In this document: one piece after another, positions 50,001 through 59,348 of the stretch
Numbering within the stretch: position 1 is the stretch's first letter
How the letters are laid out: every line of letters starts with the position of its first letter
IMG/VR virus record: IMGVR_UViG_3300031703_000001
Location: 43,391-107,390 of that record
DNA from: a virus
DNA: 64,000 bases
Strand: one strand, 5' to 3'
Position numbers and translations under genes: made by a program
The notes under the pieces: generated by a model
What the model was told of the DNA's origin: nothing
The model's input: only the letters and a program-made list of their open reading frames with translations
The model's database searches: none

Positions 50001-50988
50001 AGAAAAATCTACGCGGCTCATCAACATCTAACATTTGTGTAAGTGCTGGATCTGATGTATTAGCAGCTCTCTTTGTTGCATTTGCATAGAACTCTGAAGG
50101 CTTACTATTAAACCAATTTCCATCAGCATATTTAGTTACATCATCAAATGCTGTATTAGTAACATTGGCATCTTCAAATCTATTTAATCTTATTGCTTTT
50201 GATTTAGGTACTTTTTTAACTCCAGTATTAGTCCAGATGCTAACCATTTCTTCAGCTACATCATCAGCAATTTTTTTAATTGTAGGTGCAGCTTTTTTAA
50301 TTGTAGGAACTGCATTCTTACCTTTTGATAAATAAGCAGGAACAATAGGTATTGCACCTAATGCATTAAAACCAGCATCTAAATATTCACCTTTATCATA
50401 ACTTTTTTTTGCTTCTTGTCCATATTTAATCCAAGCAAATGGATTAATCATATCTGCTACATTATCAAAAGCATTTCTATCTGGATTATCTAATGGTAAA
50501 TTATCAGGTATATCTTTATTTCTTGCACTATACCCAAAAGAAGTCATAGGGCTTGCTAACATATCTAATGTTCTTTGTCCCCATGAAGGTTCTTCATATG
50601 CTTTTATTGTACCTGTATCAGGTGCTTTAAAATCAGGATTATTCTTTTGATACTCAGCAATGTATTTAGAGTAATCAGTTTCACCATTTTCCAGTTTAGG
50701 TAATTCTTTACCATCCTGTGCTAAAGGTACTTCTAAGACACTATCTCCAGGAAAAGTATAGTTCATACCTGGCATCATAGTTTGTCTATTACCAAGGTTG
50801 TCTGTACCTACTACAGGAAAGTTTACACCTTCCATAGTTATATCTCCTGAAGGAATTATATTATAGGGGTTGTTTACATCAGGACTATCAGATTTATATC
50901 CATCTATAGATAGAAATTCATGTATATCCGTAATGTATTCATTTGGACCTCCAACTAACCCTATTGATTTTCTTTCTTTATGTGCCAT
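47089..50988 (-). CDS. multidomain virion protein: pre-toxin/ART-like module, SLT-like lysozyme, 2x LysM, YkuD L,D-transpeptidase-like domain, second SLT-like domain
   Basis: LysM YTVASGDNLGKIA and YKVKSGDTLGKIA; IAQVES..STATGLYG; VIDKK..AIHGT..SNGCIN; GTESEFG..VGYTQI..LLDPAKA. Confidence 0.8.
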   Translation of the reverse strand: MAHKERKSIGLVGGPNEYITDIHEFLSIDGYKSDSPDVNNPYNIIPSGDITMEGVNFPVVGTDNLGNRQTMMPGMNYTFPGDSVLEVPLAQDGKELPKLENGETDYSKYIAEYQKNNPDFKAPDTGTIKAYEEPSWGQRTLDMLASPMTSFGYSARNKDIPDNLPLDNPDRNAFDNVADMINPFAWIKYGQEAKKSYDKGEYLDAGFNALGAIPIVPAYLSKGKNAVPTIKKAAPTIKKIADDVAEEMVSIWTNTGVKKVPKSKAIRLNRFEDANVTNTAFDDVTKYADGNWFNSKPSEFYANATKRAANTSDPALTQMLDVDEPRRFFSMMTDEATFKSMSGSNMPQRARDMSGGSGAAFHPDEAVLPPELVNMMREAKDQTASWFNTSIVNTKDGMQEMLDFYKKYGGSLRKAQEGKEISKPKTWQETTIDLEGIKRGIAQVESVNGVLMVNPESTATGLYGQRFSEVEKGKLYEGTRAEFAKDLDAQNEIFDIRLNKGFDATETTPLLKDAFDLTVEYKSQLGDKWNYSYEDLIGLSNFLGRGGARKYLGNVVRDGKSLESVYPHLYGNGKKQSNKKPEEYLKTLREYYQYGGERDNVYNPYETYVQPQDNTYVARPDMYQMNDESLIETNGSTIPTFSIDSNEGFNAIEAKAGNKKYTVASGDNLGKIANRYNTSVDELVKLNNISDPNSISVNQELNIPEAPSTAAVSPIYKVKSGDTLGKIAKAYKTSVNTLAKLNGISDVNKIAVNQEIAIPDTYRADVPMPEENWYNVDELKKNNDNINSQSDGDIIIKSQMLNNPNQSYVVIDKKTGLLKVYRGDHEDLSFEVLTGSNRGDAQTVTKMKDLNKDGKITDEDKINGKWKTDWTAGNKSTGAGRYTINQSSPTSKKKYQNAPSWNLLNDNGIQVGTAIHGTTNYRKQFYNDGDATNNSASNGCINGQCSDLDALYNLGLPTGTPVFILPEDEGNHFELNDGVAVMRMNKENRENYISQYKDQTGKLQDQQGGNYTTNTLSYKPIRANFDEETFMEERFTVLDFDDTEELNNTTYPFIHALENNKQQIMSAAQISGDVYNQIAKIAFGIYGTESEFGDTHGIVGNALRGANKKFGSDGSSPDVQRKYQGFDIPFTDVGDGAQSDNNSVGYTQIRWSQLNDKEKSILNAFDITSNKDLLDPAKAAIATASILGVRYNEQLTADQKKDMWNTLPTKWNNRPNYSKRVKANSKYLNFEQKDVMKKGGETENHIMYKNYVDGVYDGNKMEVTAGKVYDKLNRMHYKDAKAMNMTPANYILTHIVGQR
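50272..50313. repeat. 21-nt in-frame tandem duplication (AVPTIKK/AAPTIKK)
   Basis: ttttttaattgtaggtgcagc followed by ttttttaattgtaggaactgc. Confidence 0.8.
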
Positions 50989-53900
50989 TATCTAAGTGAT
51001 GTAAGTAATTTACTATTATTCAATCTCAATAACATTTTTCTACTTCCAGAATCTACCTTACGTAATATTACATTAGTAAAGTAATGTCTAAACTTCTTAT
51101 GTTGCAATGGAGATTTAAAATAGTTTAAATTAATTGAGTTTAAATTTTTAATATATCCATTAGGTGATGTATCCCAAATAGGTTGCTGTGTAACAACACC
51201 ACCTACTCCAGGAAACTCTCCTCTATCATTTGTAATATCCCAAAATTGATTGAACCTAAACTTCTGCTCAACTTTAGAGCACAAGATATTAATATTATTT
51301 GTATTAATGATAGGATAAGTCAATTCTAAAATAGGATTGTTAAATGGAGTTGGAACTAATTCCAATAATCCAGACACTTGTTCATTGTTATAAACAACGG
51401 CTTGGTCAAAATTGAAATGTAAATCTTCCCACTTATCATCACCACATAAATAACCAGGATCATTTTTGTATACATAGGATTCTAATTGATATTCCATACT
51501 TCTCACAGTATTAACAGCCTGACCTGTATTGGCAACCAAATCAACTTCCCATGGAAATTGTTCACCATAGTAGTTAGCAAAAAGATCACATCTAGAATTA
51601 TGTCTCCAGAAAGAACCAACTTTATAATTAGGTGGTGTTTCCGTAAGGTAAAAATAATCACATACTTGAGGTGTAGGATCAACCCAACTTGGATCACCTA
51701 ATTGAAATATCTTAGGTGCAGAATCAGGACATACACCTGTAATTGTTGTTGTTGCTCCAGCAAATGGAGATGGTGGACAACTACATGAAACTTTTCTACA
51801 TACAGGTTTTATTATATCATCACAAACACCTGTTGATTCCGTATATAAATTAGTTGTTGCATTTATAAACACCTTAGTATAACCTGCTGGACAATTACAT
51901 TCAAAAGGAATAGCACATACAGCAGAAGCAATAGCAGATGCTACCACAGGAAATGTTGATGAATCAGATGCATTAATACCATACTGATAAGGGTCAACAT
52001 TAACAGGTCCTGTTGTGCAACTTATAGCATTTAACACACCCGCTGCAGGAGGAACACTACTACCGGCACCACAATATAAAGCAAATACATTTTGATTTGC
52101 TGGTCCTGATGAAGTTGGTGAAACACCCACTGCTTGGTATTGACATCCTACACCTGCTGCGGGTGCTGTAGTTGTATCTGTAATAAATATTATAATCTGT
52201 TTAAAAAATGGTTGTGTTGATCTATCACCCAATTGAGAATTCACCTTAAGATTTATTCTATTTTGAGCTGCTGCCAATGCTTGAGGAATAACAGTACCCC
52301 CACCAATCCAATTTGTATTATACCAACTAGTTACTTGAGGTTCTGTAACGGTGTTACTCATAGTCCATGTACTACCTGATCCATTTGGAATATTATAATT
52401 AATATTACCACCTGCCCATGCTGTAAATCCCACCTGCATTGTACCTAATCCCATAGGACCTGATATATCTGCATCATTTAAAAAAGAAGTTAACCATGCT
52501 TGTTGAGCTTGTCTTCTACCATCAGTATTTGTACTACCTGATACATCCATTGCAACTATAATATCTATCAAACAATCCGCTGATCCACCAGTTACTGTTG
52601 CAACAAGCTCTTCAACATTAACTGTTGAAAGTTCCGTTGCTGTATTTGATATCTCACATAAACCAGTTGTTGGATTAAAATTGTATCCTGGAGGACATTG
52701 GGGTATTGTAGTCTCAATAGTCTTTGTTGTAAAGAAATGATTTATACTCGGCAATGCAAATTCAGGATGCCAATCATGGAAAGATATCCATGCTTTAGCT
52801 TTTGGATCATAACTTATAGTCCATGACGCATCATCAAAATAAATAGGGTCACCTAATGTGATTGGTACAATACCATTAAGCATGAAACCTTTTATTTCAT
52901 TATATGAAATATTAAAGTTTGACTTTGCTCTATAATCCTTTTTCATAAAGTATACAATGTCATCATTAGGATCATATATAGTTTGGCATCCCACACCTAC
53001 AACAGCATTATCAGATAATACTGAATATTCTAATTCCGGAAATTGTTTTACTAACTGAGATGGTAGATACTTATTAAACCACCATTTCATTCCTTTATTT
53101 GATATAGGATCTAAACCACTTCCAGCATAATGAAATATCTTCCCTTGTGCTTGAGAGATATAAAATAAACCCATTGGTGTATTCATAACACTTCTTAAAC
53201 TTTCACATGAACCATATTCATTTGAAAGATCAGAATTGGTTATGTTTTGAAATGGTTGACTAAACAATCCACCATCACCTATTGTTATCTTAGTATCTAA
53301 TCCGGTCTTTAAGGTGTCTAATCCCTGGAACATCTGCGGAGATAAATAAGGGAAGAACACTATTGCTCCACTTTTATTTATAGGTTTTATAACGCTTACT
53401 GCATTTTTAAAATCTTTATAATTAAAGTTTAAGAATACTCTCCAGAAATCTTTCTTAGATTCATGTTGTGCTTGCAAAGAATATATCAACCTTTTAGGTC
53501 TACTGACATAACAGTTCTCTGCTACATAAGGATCATAATATCTAGGTTGCATTTGACCCCATGAAGATAACTGACTTGGAAATCTTGATGGACTTAATGA
53601 CTCATCATATTTGTAAAAGTTATCAATACCCTCTATCTGAGCATGAAATAATTCTGTTAAATCATTATATTCATATATGTCATAAATTCTTTTTGCCTTT
53701 GTATCTTCCCAATCTCTATTTGCTAAATTAACCTCTGACTCAACAAAGAAATCTAAAATACCATTTGAGTGAGTATACATATACCCATATCTCATTGCTA
53801 ATACTGGATTGGGATCACTGTTGGATCCACCAAACACACTTGACAATGCACTTCCACCACAACTATCATCACCTCTATCTAGGTAAAATAAATCACCTGG

Positions 53901-56900
53901 AAAAAGAGCTGATAAACTACCACTACTTACTAAACCTAAAGTGGCAATTTTATTTGCTAATTTAGTCATGTCAAATTTTTGTGAATCTAACCAGTATCTT
54001 GGATAAGGAATATTTACATGATTTGAATAATCATAAGTAAATTCATCAGGTTGCCCTAATAAATATTGTGCAAAAATTGGCATTATTACTTTTTCAGTAT
54101 ACCTATTAATGAATACATCACCTTGAAAAATAGGAAGTGATGAGTACATAAATGCATCAGGTTTTTCTGAATCTAAATAATTTACACAACTTCTCATTGG
54201 TATTTGTTTTATACCATCAAGTTGTCCGTACTGATTATCAAAATTATATTTAAGAGCACCATAGTATGCTGATATATTACGTTTTTGAGGTACAGTTGGG
54301 TCAAGTAAATAATTATCTGAGTAAGGTATACCTGTACCTCCACTATTTATTTCACCTCCTATAACAAATCTTGATTTATCTTGCACACTTGGTATAGCAA
54401 TTGGAGATTTCAATGAAACCACAACTGTACTTGGTCTGAATAAATTATTAATTTTATATTTACCACTATCAAATGATTGAAAAGACTGACCTATATAATT
54501 TGAATCAGTATTCTGAATTCTCCATAAACCTGTATTCCTCTTTGTAAATGTGTCAAATTGACCAAGAGAATTATACTTATATACAAAATCTGACTTATTA
54601 ATTAAGTTATATATTAATTCAATAATCTCATTACCACCTATTGCAATATTTGTCCCCGTTGTTAAAATACTCAAAGGTATTCTTAGCGTAGGAGGTAAAT
54701 TTGAAAGTGCTGTATTTTTTACATCACTTATATCATATGTTCCAGGAGTTCCTGCACCACCAATTCCAAATGCAGATGTAGTATATTGGTATGCTTGATT
54801 TGCAGCACTCATTAAAGTACCACCTAACCATAAATCACCTAGTGCAGCAGCACTTGCCCCATTGGCATAGAATGCAGTAGCAGCATTAACAGCTCCTAAT
54901 TTTATACCAGCTGAAACATTATATATACCATATGCAACACCCGTATATGTATTACCAGTACCAACAGCGGCAGTCCAATCCACAGGGCTACCAACAACAG
55001 CGGAAGCACCTGTTCTTTTCATGCTTCTATCACCTTGAACTTTATTAACAGCATATCCAATACCTATAATTGCACTAATTACTGCAGCACCACTTCTCAA
55101 TAATTTAAATTGAGGATGATCTTCTGATGCTTTAAAACTCCCTGTTTGTTTACCGCTTAAATCTCCATATATTCTTGTTTCATATGCATTTAAAAATGGT
55201 TTAGTAAACATTAAATCAGGTGAAGAAAAAGTAAATACACTTCTTGAATAACCTGACGGTTCCCCGTCTGAATCAACACCTACACCTAAAGGTTTAAATG
55301 AATTTACTGATTGTGGAAAATTATCACAACCATCCGTTCTATTTAAAACACCTGCATTTTTTCCATCATGAAAATATACATCAGGTCTTAAATCATTATA
55401 AGGATAATTAGGATATAAACCCTGAGTATTACCCAATAGATCTTCACCTGTTGGTACTTCATATTTCCTCATGTTTCTAAAAAGACCTTTACCTAGAATT
55501 GATTTTGCACCACCTCTTGATCCTTTTAATAACTCATAACCAACTACATTTGTTATATAACTTCCATCATTATTTTTTGGTCTACCAATATTTGTAAACT
55601 CAACACCCAGCACATTTATTAAATCACCACTTGTATCTGTCAAGTGCAGTGCATTATTACTAGAACCACCACCATCTTCTGATGGCATTTTATGATGTCT
55701 AATTGGTTTACCACATAAGTCTCCCCATATGTCAGGTCTATTAGAAGGATATCTTTCAGTAGACTCCCAATAACCCATATCACCTCTTGCAACTATCATA
55801 CTACCATCAGATTGTATTTCAGCTGCAACACTTGTTATACCACCTGTATTCCAAATTTTAAATACAGGATCTCCACTTGGATCTAATGCATTAGCATTTG
55901 TACTAATCTGATCTTCATTTAATCCAGCAGGACCATAAAATACTGGCGCTCTACCTGGTATATGATATGAACTTGATCTTTCTCCTGTATTGTATATCCA
56001 TCTTATAAAGAATGCATATTGCTCATCTCTTAAAAACCCTAATTTATTTCCTGCATTATGGTAGTAACTAGCAGGCAATGTGTTTATAACAAAATTACAT
56101 TTAATATTATTTGCAATTGGTTGATAGTTAAAATCAAACTGTTCAGTTGGCCCTTGTCTTAAAAGCCAATCATTAACAACATACATTGCTTCTGATTTTT
56201 CATATGCAGGGCTACGCTGAGGAATCACTTTTAAATCAACAGATACTAAAGAATCATCTATATAATCAAGATTAATTGAAGTACGTTCAGTACTATATAA
56301 ACCAATACGTTTAGCATAAGTTTGACCTTGATTTCTTACCAATAATGCAAGTTCAAAAAATTCAAAATCTTTATCTAAATTTGATAAATCTATATTTAGT
56401 GAACCATCTGTTCCTTTATGACTCCATAACGTTTGAACATTTGATATACCAATATAATCAGTTACTTTTTGTTCATTTTCTGTATAGGCAACAAATGCTT
56501 GGTAAGCACCATTTTGCAACATCCCACCATCAGTTGCTTTAGTTAATTCAATACAAGGTGTATCTACCAATGGAGCTAATCTGATTTTTTCACAGTTTAA
56601 TTCTGGCGGTACAATATTACTATATGTTACACATACATCTCCTGTAGCAGATGTTACTTCTTGTTTCCAAGGTATATCATCAATATTTAAAGATCTAGAT
56701 GGATTATTTGCATCATCCCAATATACTTGCCATGTACAGTCAAAATTTTCTTTTGAAGCTCCCGTTATAAGAAACATTCTATTAAATGCAAGACATGGGT
56801 CATTAACAAGTGTAGTGTATTTACACTCACTATCATCAAACCTTCCTATTTCAGAATTGATATCATCCGTAGAAAATACTATCCACTCATCACCGTATCT

Positions 56901-57137
56901 ATGTACTGCACCAATGATAGTATAAGGTATTACCCCACATTGTAAATTTGCTGGTTCATTACCTATAACACCCATGTCACCATCATTGGAGTTATTAGCT
57001 GCATTACGCGCATGCCACCAACTTTGAGCTGGCTCCATTGATTGTGTAATGTCCTTATTCATCCCTTTAATGAATGAATTGGTAACTACAGATGTTGTAC
57101 CCTTTCCCTGGTTACTTGGTGTATTTTGTTTTGCCAT
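50988..57137 (-). CDS. tail stabilization/muzzle (nozzle) protein with an inserted vWA domain
   Basis: N-terminal FIKGMNKD..HARNA..GNEP; GDVFINRY and WTISYDP..WISFHDW motifs; vWA MIDAS DVSGS. Confidence 0.78.
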   Translation of the reverse strand: MAKQNTPSNQGKGTTSVVTNSFIKGMNKDITQSMEPAQSWWHARNAANNSNDGDMGVIGNEPANLQCGVIPYTIIGAVHRYGDEWIVFSTDDINSEIGRFDDSECKYTTLVNDPCLAFNRMFLITGASKENFDCTWQVYWDDANNPSRSLNIDDIPWKQEVTSATGDVCVTYSNIVPPELNCEKIRLAPLVDTPCIELTKATDGGMLQNGAYQAFVAYTENEQKVTDYIGISNVQTLWSHKGTDGSLNIDLSNLDKDFEFFELALLVRNQGQTYAKRIGLYSTERTSINLDYIDDSLVSVDLKVIPQRSPAYEKSEAMYVVNDWLLRQGPTEQFDFNYQPIANNIKCNFVINTLPASYYHNAGNKLGFLRDEQYAFFIRWIYNTGERSSSYHIPGRAPVFYGPAGLNEDQISTNANALDPSGDPVFKIWNTGGITSVAAEIQSDGSMIVARGDMGYWESTERYPSNRPDIWGDLCGKPIRHHKMPSEDGGGSSNNALHLTDTSGDLINVLGVEFTNIGRPKNNDGSYITNVVGYELLKGSRGGAKSILGKGLFRNMRKYEVPTGEDLLGNTQGLYPNYPYNDLRPDVYFHDGKNAGVLNRTDGCDNFPQSVNSFKPLGVGVDSDGEPSGYSRSVFTFSSPDLMFTKPFLNAYETRIYGDLSGKQTGSFKASEDHPQFKLLRSGAAVISAIIGIGYAVNKVQGDRSMKRTGASAVVGSPVDWTAAVGTGNTYTGVAYGIYNVSAGIKLGAVNAATAFYANGASAAALGDLWLGGTLMSAANQAYQYTTSAFGIGGAGTPGTYDISDVKNTALSNLPPTLRIPLSILTTGTNIAIGGNEIIELIYNLINKSDFVYKYNSLGQFDTFTKRNTGLWRIQNTDSNYIGQSFQSFDSGKYKINNLFRPSTVVVSLKSPIAIPSVQDKSRFVIGGEINSGGTGIPYSDNYLLDPTVPQKRNISAYYGALKYNFDNQYGQLDGIKQIPMRSCVNYLDSEKPDAFMYSSLPIFQGDVFINRYTEKVIMPIFAQYLLGQPDEFTYDYSNHVNIPYPRYWLDSQKFDMTKLANKIATLGLVSSGSLSALFPGDLFYLDRGDDSCGGSALSSVFGGSNSDPNPVLAMRYGYMYTHSNGILDFFVESEVNLANRDWEDTKAKRIYDIYEYNDLTELFHAQIEGIDNFYKYDESLSPSRFPSQLSSWGQMQPRYYDPYVAENCYVSRPKRLIYSLQAQHESKKDFWRVFLNFNYKDFKNAVSVIKPINKSGAIVFFPYLSPQMFQGLDTLKTGLDTKITIGDGGLFSQPFQNITNSDLSNEYGSCESLRSVMNTPMGLFYISQAQGKIFHYAGSGLDPISNKGMKWWFNKYLPSQLVKQFPELEYSVLSDNAVVGVGCQTIYDPNDDIVYFMKKDYRAKSNFNISYNEIKGFMLNGIVPITLGDPIYFDDASWTISYDPKAKAWISFHDWHPEFALPSINHFFTTKTIETTIPQCPPGYNFNPTTGLCEISNTATELSTVNVEELVATVTGGSADCLIDIIVAMDVSGSTNTDGRRQAQQAWLTSFLNDADISGPMGLGTMQVGFTAWAGGNINYNIPNGSGSTWTMSNTVTEPQVTSWYNTNWIGGGTVIPQALAAAQNRINLKVNSQLGDRSTQPFFKQIIIFITDTTTAPAAGVGCQYQAVGVSPTSSGPANQNVFALYCGAGSSVPPAAGVLNAISCTTGPVNVDPYQYGINASDSSTFPVVASAIASAVCAIPFECNCPAGYTKVFINATTNLYTESTGVCDDIIKPVCRKVSCSCPPSPFAGATTTITGVCPDSAPKIFQLGDPSWVDPTPQVCDYFYLTETPPNYKVGSFWRHNSRCDLFANYYGEQFPWEVDLVANTGQAVNTVRSMEYQLESYVYKNDPGYLCGDDKWEDLHFNFDQAVVYNNEQVSGLLELVPTPFNNPILELTYPIINTNNINILCSKVEQKFRFNQFWDITNDRGEFPGVGGVVTQQPIWDTSPNGYIKNLNSINLNYFKSPLQHKKFRHYFTNVILRKVDSGSRKMLLRLNNSKLLTSLR

Positions 57138-57159
57138 AGTAGTTTACTTCTTTATTAAG

Positions 57160-58047
57160 CTAGTTGGTTGGTGCATGGCTTAAAAACATATTATAATAAT
57201 TATGATATTGAGCTCTTCTGTTAACTTCCCATAACTTTCTCATTTCTGCAAAGTCAGGAGTATTAACAAAACTTAAAGCATTGTTTCTTGCAGCTCTCAG
57301 TCTAGTTTCAACTAAGTTCATTTGTTGAGAAACATTTTCACCTTGCCATATCATGTTTTCTAGAATTCTTTGTTTTAGTGCATATTCATAATATTCATTA
57401 CAATATGGTTGATCTAAAACTAAAAGGTCTCCATCAGGAGTTTCCATAGCACCTTGATAACTCAAGTATACTTTACCTGTTCTAAAAGTGGTTATTAAAA
57501 AACCATCTTTAATTTGTGCAATATCCTTTGCTTGTGCACCTAACTCAGGGCAAAAACAAGTTGGACTATTTACATCTTGTATGCGTAATTGCACAAACGT
57601 GCTAAAAGTTCTAAATTGCTCTGGTCCAATTTTTTGTACTATTTGATGGCTGTTTTTTCCATCACATGTGTCTATTACACAAACATCTTTACATGCAACA
57701 CCATCTGTACAAGATGCAACCTCTCCTGGAGCTGGCACATAAGGAACATCATTAAATGTTTCTACATGTGTTCCTGAAGGCATTGTTGTATTTATCTTAT
57801 ATTCACCACAGAGAAATGCATAATTAAGATATGCAAAGTCCATTGGTAGTTGACCCCTTCCATGTTCAATATCAATGACAACTTCTTTAGTTCTATGTAT
57901 TTTCATACCCAGATCATAATTCACTCTAGTTGCAACTTTGATAAGCTGTTGAGGTTCAATCATACCTTCTAATGCATATGTAGAAAAATCAATGGAAACA
58001 TCTTCCATTAATTGAGTGAACGTTCTATATTTTTGTGATACTCCCAT
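57160..58047 (-). CDS. putative tail ring/tubular protein
   Basis: Position upstream of the muzzle gene; LP.DF, GKVYLSY and YYEYALK patterns. Confidence 0.6.
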   Translation of the reverse strand: MGVSQKYRTFTQLMEDVSIDFSTYALEGMIEPQQLIKVATRVNYDLGMKIHRTKEVVIDIEHGRGQLPMDFAYLNYAFLCGEYKINTTMPSGTHVETFNDVPYVPAPGEVASCTDGVACKDVCVIDTCDGKNSHQIVQKIGPEQFRTFSTFVQLRIQDVNSPTCFCPELGAQAKDIAQIKDGFLITTFRTGKVYLSYQGAMETPDGDLLVLDQPYCNEYYEYALKQRILENMIWQGENVSQQMNLVETRLRAARNNALSFVNTPDFAEMRKLWEVNRRAQYHNYYNMFLSHAPTN

Positions 58048-58718
58048 TATCTATGTATGTTTTGTTTGTTATCAGAGTCTTCTGCTGGAACCTTCAGTGT
58101 ATTCATCATTGTGTTAATTACTTGACTTTCAATTTCTGCAAATAAAGCTTCCGGAATGTATATTGGTTGTTCATATCTAGGTGTACAATCATCAGCTGGA
58201 TCACAATTCCATTTTGTAATATCTGAATTAAATACCCCTTCAAGCTTCAACGCTTCCCATTCTATATTAGGAGAATAAATGTAACCATCCAACCACCAGA
58301 AATATCTTGTTGTATTATACTTGAATGACGTTGTTTTAGTCATAGAGGTGTATGTACCCGGTTGAGTTGCTTGGAGCTCTTGTGAGCCGTCTATGGAGCT
58401 TACAGTACGGATAAGCGGTCCCCAATATCCTTCCATCATAGAAGGTAATCTTACCTTGCTTCTTTTTATGGTACACCCGCTAGTAATTCCTGAACAATGT
58501 GCTTCCACTTTATCCACATCTATTAGTTCAATGTAAGGTAAGGATTTCCAGACTGAGTTAAATTTCATTAGCTTATTAGCATAATCTTGCCTACGCATTA
58601 ATACTTGGGCAAACTTTTCTATTAAACTGTATATATATCTATCTGTAACATAGGCATCTTGTACCTCTGCTTTAACCTGTCCTCTTATTCTTGATATTGC
58701 TTCTGCTATTGTTGACAT
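58047..58718 (-). CDS. putative tail ring/adaptor protein
   Basis: Position in the tail module; stop/start overlap with the next gene. Confidence 0.55.
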   Translation of the reverse strand: MSTIAEAISRIRGQVKAEVQDAYVTDRYIYSLIEKFAQVLMRRQDYANKLMKFNSVWKSLPYIELIDVDKVEAHCSGITSGCTIKRSKVRLPSMMEGYWGPLIRTVSSIDGSQELQATQPGTYTSMTKTTSFKYNTTRYFWWLDGYIYSPNIEWEALKLEGVFNSDITKWNCDPADDCTPRYEQPIYIPEALFAEIESQVINTMMNTLKVPAEDSDNKQNIHR

Positions 58719-58723
58719 GTTAT

Positions 58724-59290
58724 TTATATTTCAAATTCATTATAATTCTTTAGAGCTTCTTTTGTTTGTTCTACATCTTGATCATAAAGGTGAGCAACTC
58801 TATATTTGTTTTTCATGACTAAATACTTTGTCCAATTTAATGGGTATGTCTTAGCCACTGCTCTTTTAAAATCCCTACATGCAACAAATCTCCAAAGCTC
58901 TCTATTTTTGTATCTGTATTTTGTAGACCAGTTAGTATAAAAAATCTTTGCAACATTACCATCAGTTTCCCAATTCTTATTTTGCAAGACCTTACCATAT
59001 TCATGGGATAAAGCGTAATTTGGATTAACTGTTTTAGATGAAGGACATGTTCCAATAAATAAATACCCAAGTGAATCCGGTAGCTCTACACCATCTCTAT
59101 GATTAATAACTGCATTCCATAGTTTTACATTATATAGTTTAATTATTTTCTTTAATTTATCATTATCAATATTGGAATACAAAGGTTTCTTATCCTTGAA
59201 TTCTTTTATTGTCTCCTTATTCAATATACCCAACCTTTTCTCTCTATATCTAGATGCATTCAGGTCTGGTTTTTTAAAATTGTTAATCAT
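58724..59290 (-). CDS. HU/IHF-like DNA-binding protein
   Basis: Basic; helix followed by GVELPDSLGYLFI, resembling the HU beta-arm start; same position as IHF-like genes in crAss-like tail modules. Confidence 0.5.
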   Translation of the reverse strand: MINNFKKPDLNASRYREKRLGILNKETIKEFKDKKPLYSNIDNDKLKKIIKLYNVKLWNAVINHRDGVELPDSLGYLFIGTCPSSKTVNPNYALSHEYGKVLQNKNWETDGNVAKIFYTNWSTKYRYKNRELWRFVACRDFKRAVAKTYPLNWTKYLVMKNKYRVAHLYDQDVEQTKEALKNYNEFEI

Positions 59291-59303
59291 ACAGTTATAT
59301 TTA

Positions 59304-59314
59304 TAATTTACAAA
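59304..59314 (-). promoter_or_regulatory. putative late promoter variant TTTGTAAATTA
   Basis: One mismatch to the motif; 13 nt upstream of the ATG at 59290. Confidence 0.55.
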
Positions 59315-59346
59315 AAAAACCCCACTTAATGAAATTTAATTGGGGT
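59312..59346 (-). terminator. intrinsic terminator
   Basis: ACCCCA..TTAA/TTAA..TGGGGT stem followed by a T8 run on the minus strand. Confidence 0.7.
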
Positions 59347-59348
59347 CA

